From: Lytechinus pictus
Lineage: Eukaryota
NCBI RefSeq assembly: GCF_037042905.1
Contig: NC_087252.1
Span: 19,344,001-19,408,000, forward strand
Direction of reading: 5' to 3'
DNA length: 64,000 nt
Shown: positions 63,751 through 64,000 of the stretch, in pieces
Layout of the letters: each line of letters opens with the position of its first letter
Numbering within the stretch: the stretch's first letter is position 1
Notes under the pieces: generated by a model
Databases searched by the model: none
The model's input: the letters and a program-made list of their open reading frames with translations, nothing else
Told to the model about the DNA's origin: nothing
Program-made: the position numbers and the translations under genes

Positions 63751-64000
63751 TCTTTCCAGTAGGGCTTTAACAATGGTCATTGTACAATCATTCATAAACT
63801 TCATACATGTAAATCATGAAATATATGCAAATTCGAGAACACGTTCTATTTTTTCTTACAATCATGAAATTTTAAGTTTTTACTGGCCGAGCTCCAAGAA
63901 ATTTTTCTCGTGTTTATCACATCAATCAAATCAAATATTTTCCCTGTCATACGAATTTGATTAAACCAATCTCTATTTCATTTTCCAATAATCAATCAGC

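Noticed and set aside
63280-63773. Cys/His-rich repetitive ORFs suggesting zinc fingers
   Set aside because: A 54-bp minisatellite open in several frames on both strands, with no splice signals or C2H2 spacing.

Overview
AT-rich, intron-rich animal genomic DNA. The SINE/MITE repertoire suggests an echinoderm, probably a sea urchin (inference). Four spliced host genes were reconstructed by hand: SDHC (minus strand, runs off the left edge), TMEM218 (minus, complete, 114 aa), an NXPE-family gene (plus, about 570 aa) and the 5' part of a type II membrane protein gene (plus). The centre (20.8-35.0 kb) is a young nest of mobile elements. A foldback-like MITE (9-bp TSD) is split by a 5'-truncated Penelope-like element (8-bp TSD, RT + GIY-YIG, minimal hammerhead ribozyme). 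The Penelope terminal region is in turn split, at its putative TATA/Inr start site and about 10 nt upstream of the ribozyme, by a head-to-tail dimer of a near-identical I-group LINE (gag-like ORF1; APE-RT-RNaseH ORF2). The two LINE copies are joined by a 102-nt filler containing a sense-strand histone H4 coding fragment (K8-I29), which suggests serial RT template jumping. LINE ORF2 has no AUG before its first endonuclease motif and overlaps ORF1 in the +1 frame at CUU-UAG/CUU-CAG. Elsewhere there is a complete tRNA-like cloverleaf with a UCA anticodon inside a (TA)n-flanked repeat, plus many MITEs, SINEs, a Helentron-type element, minisatellites and two assembly gaps.
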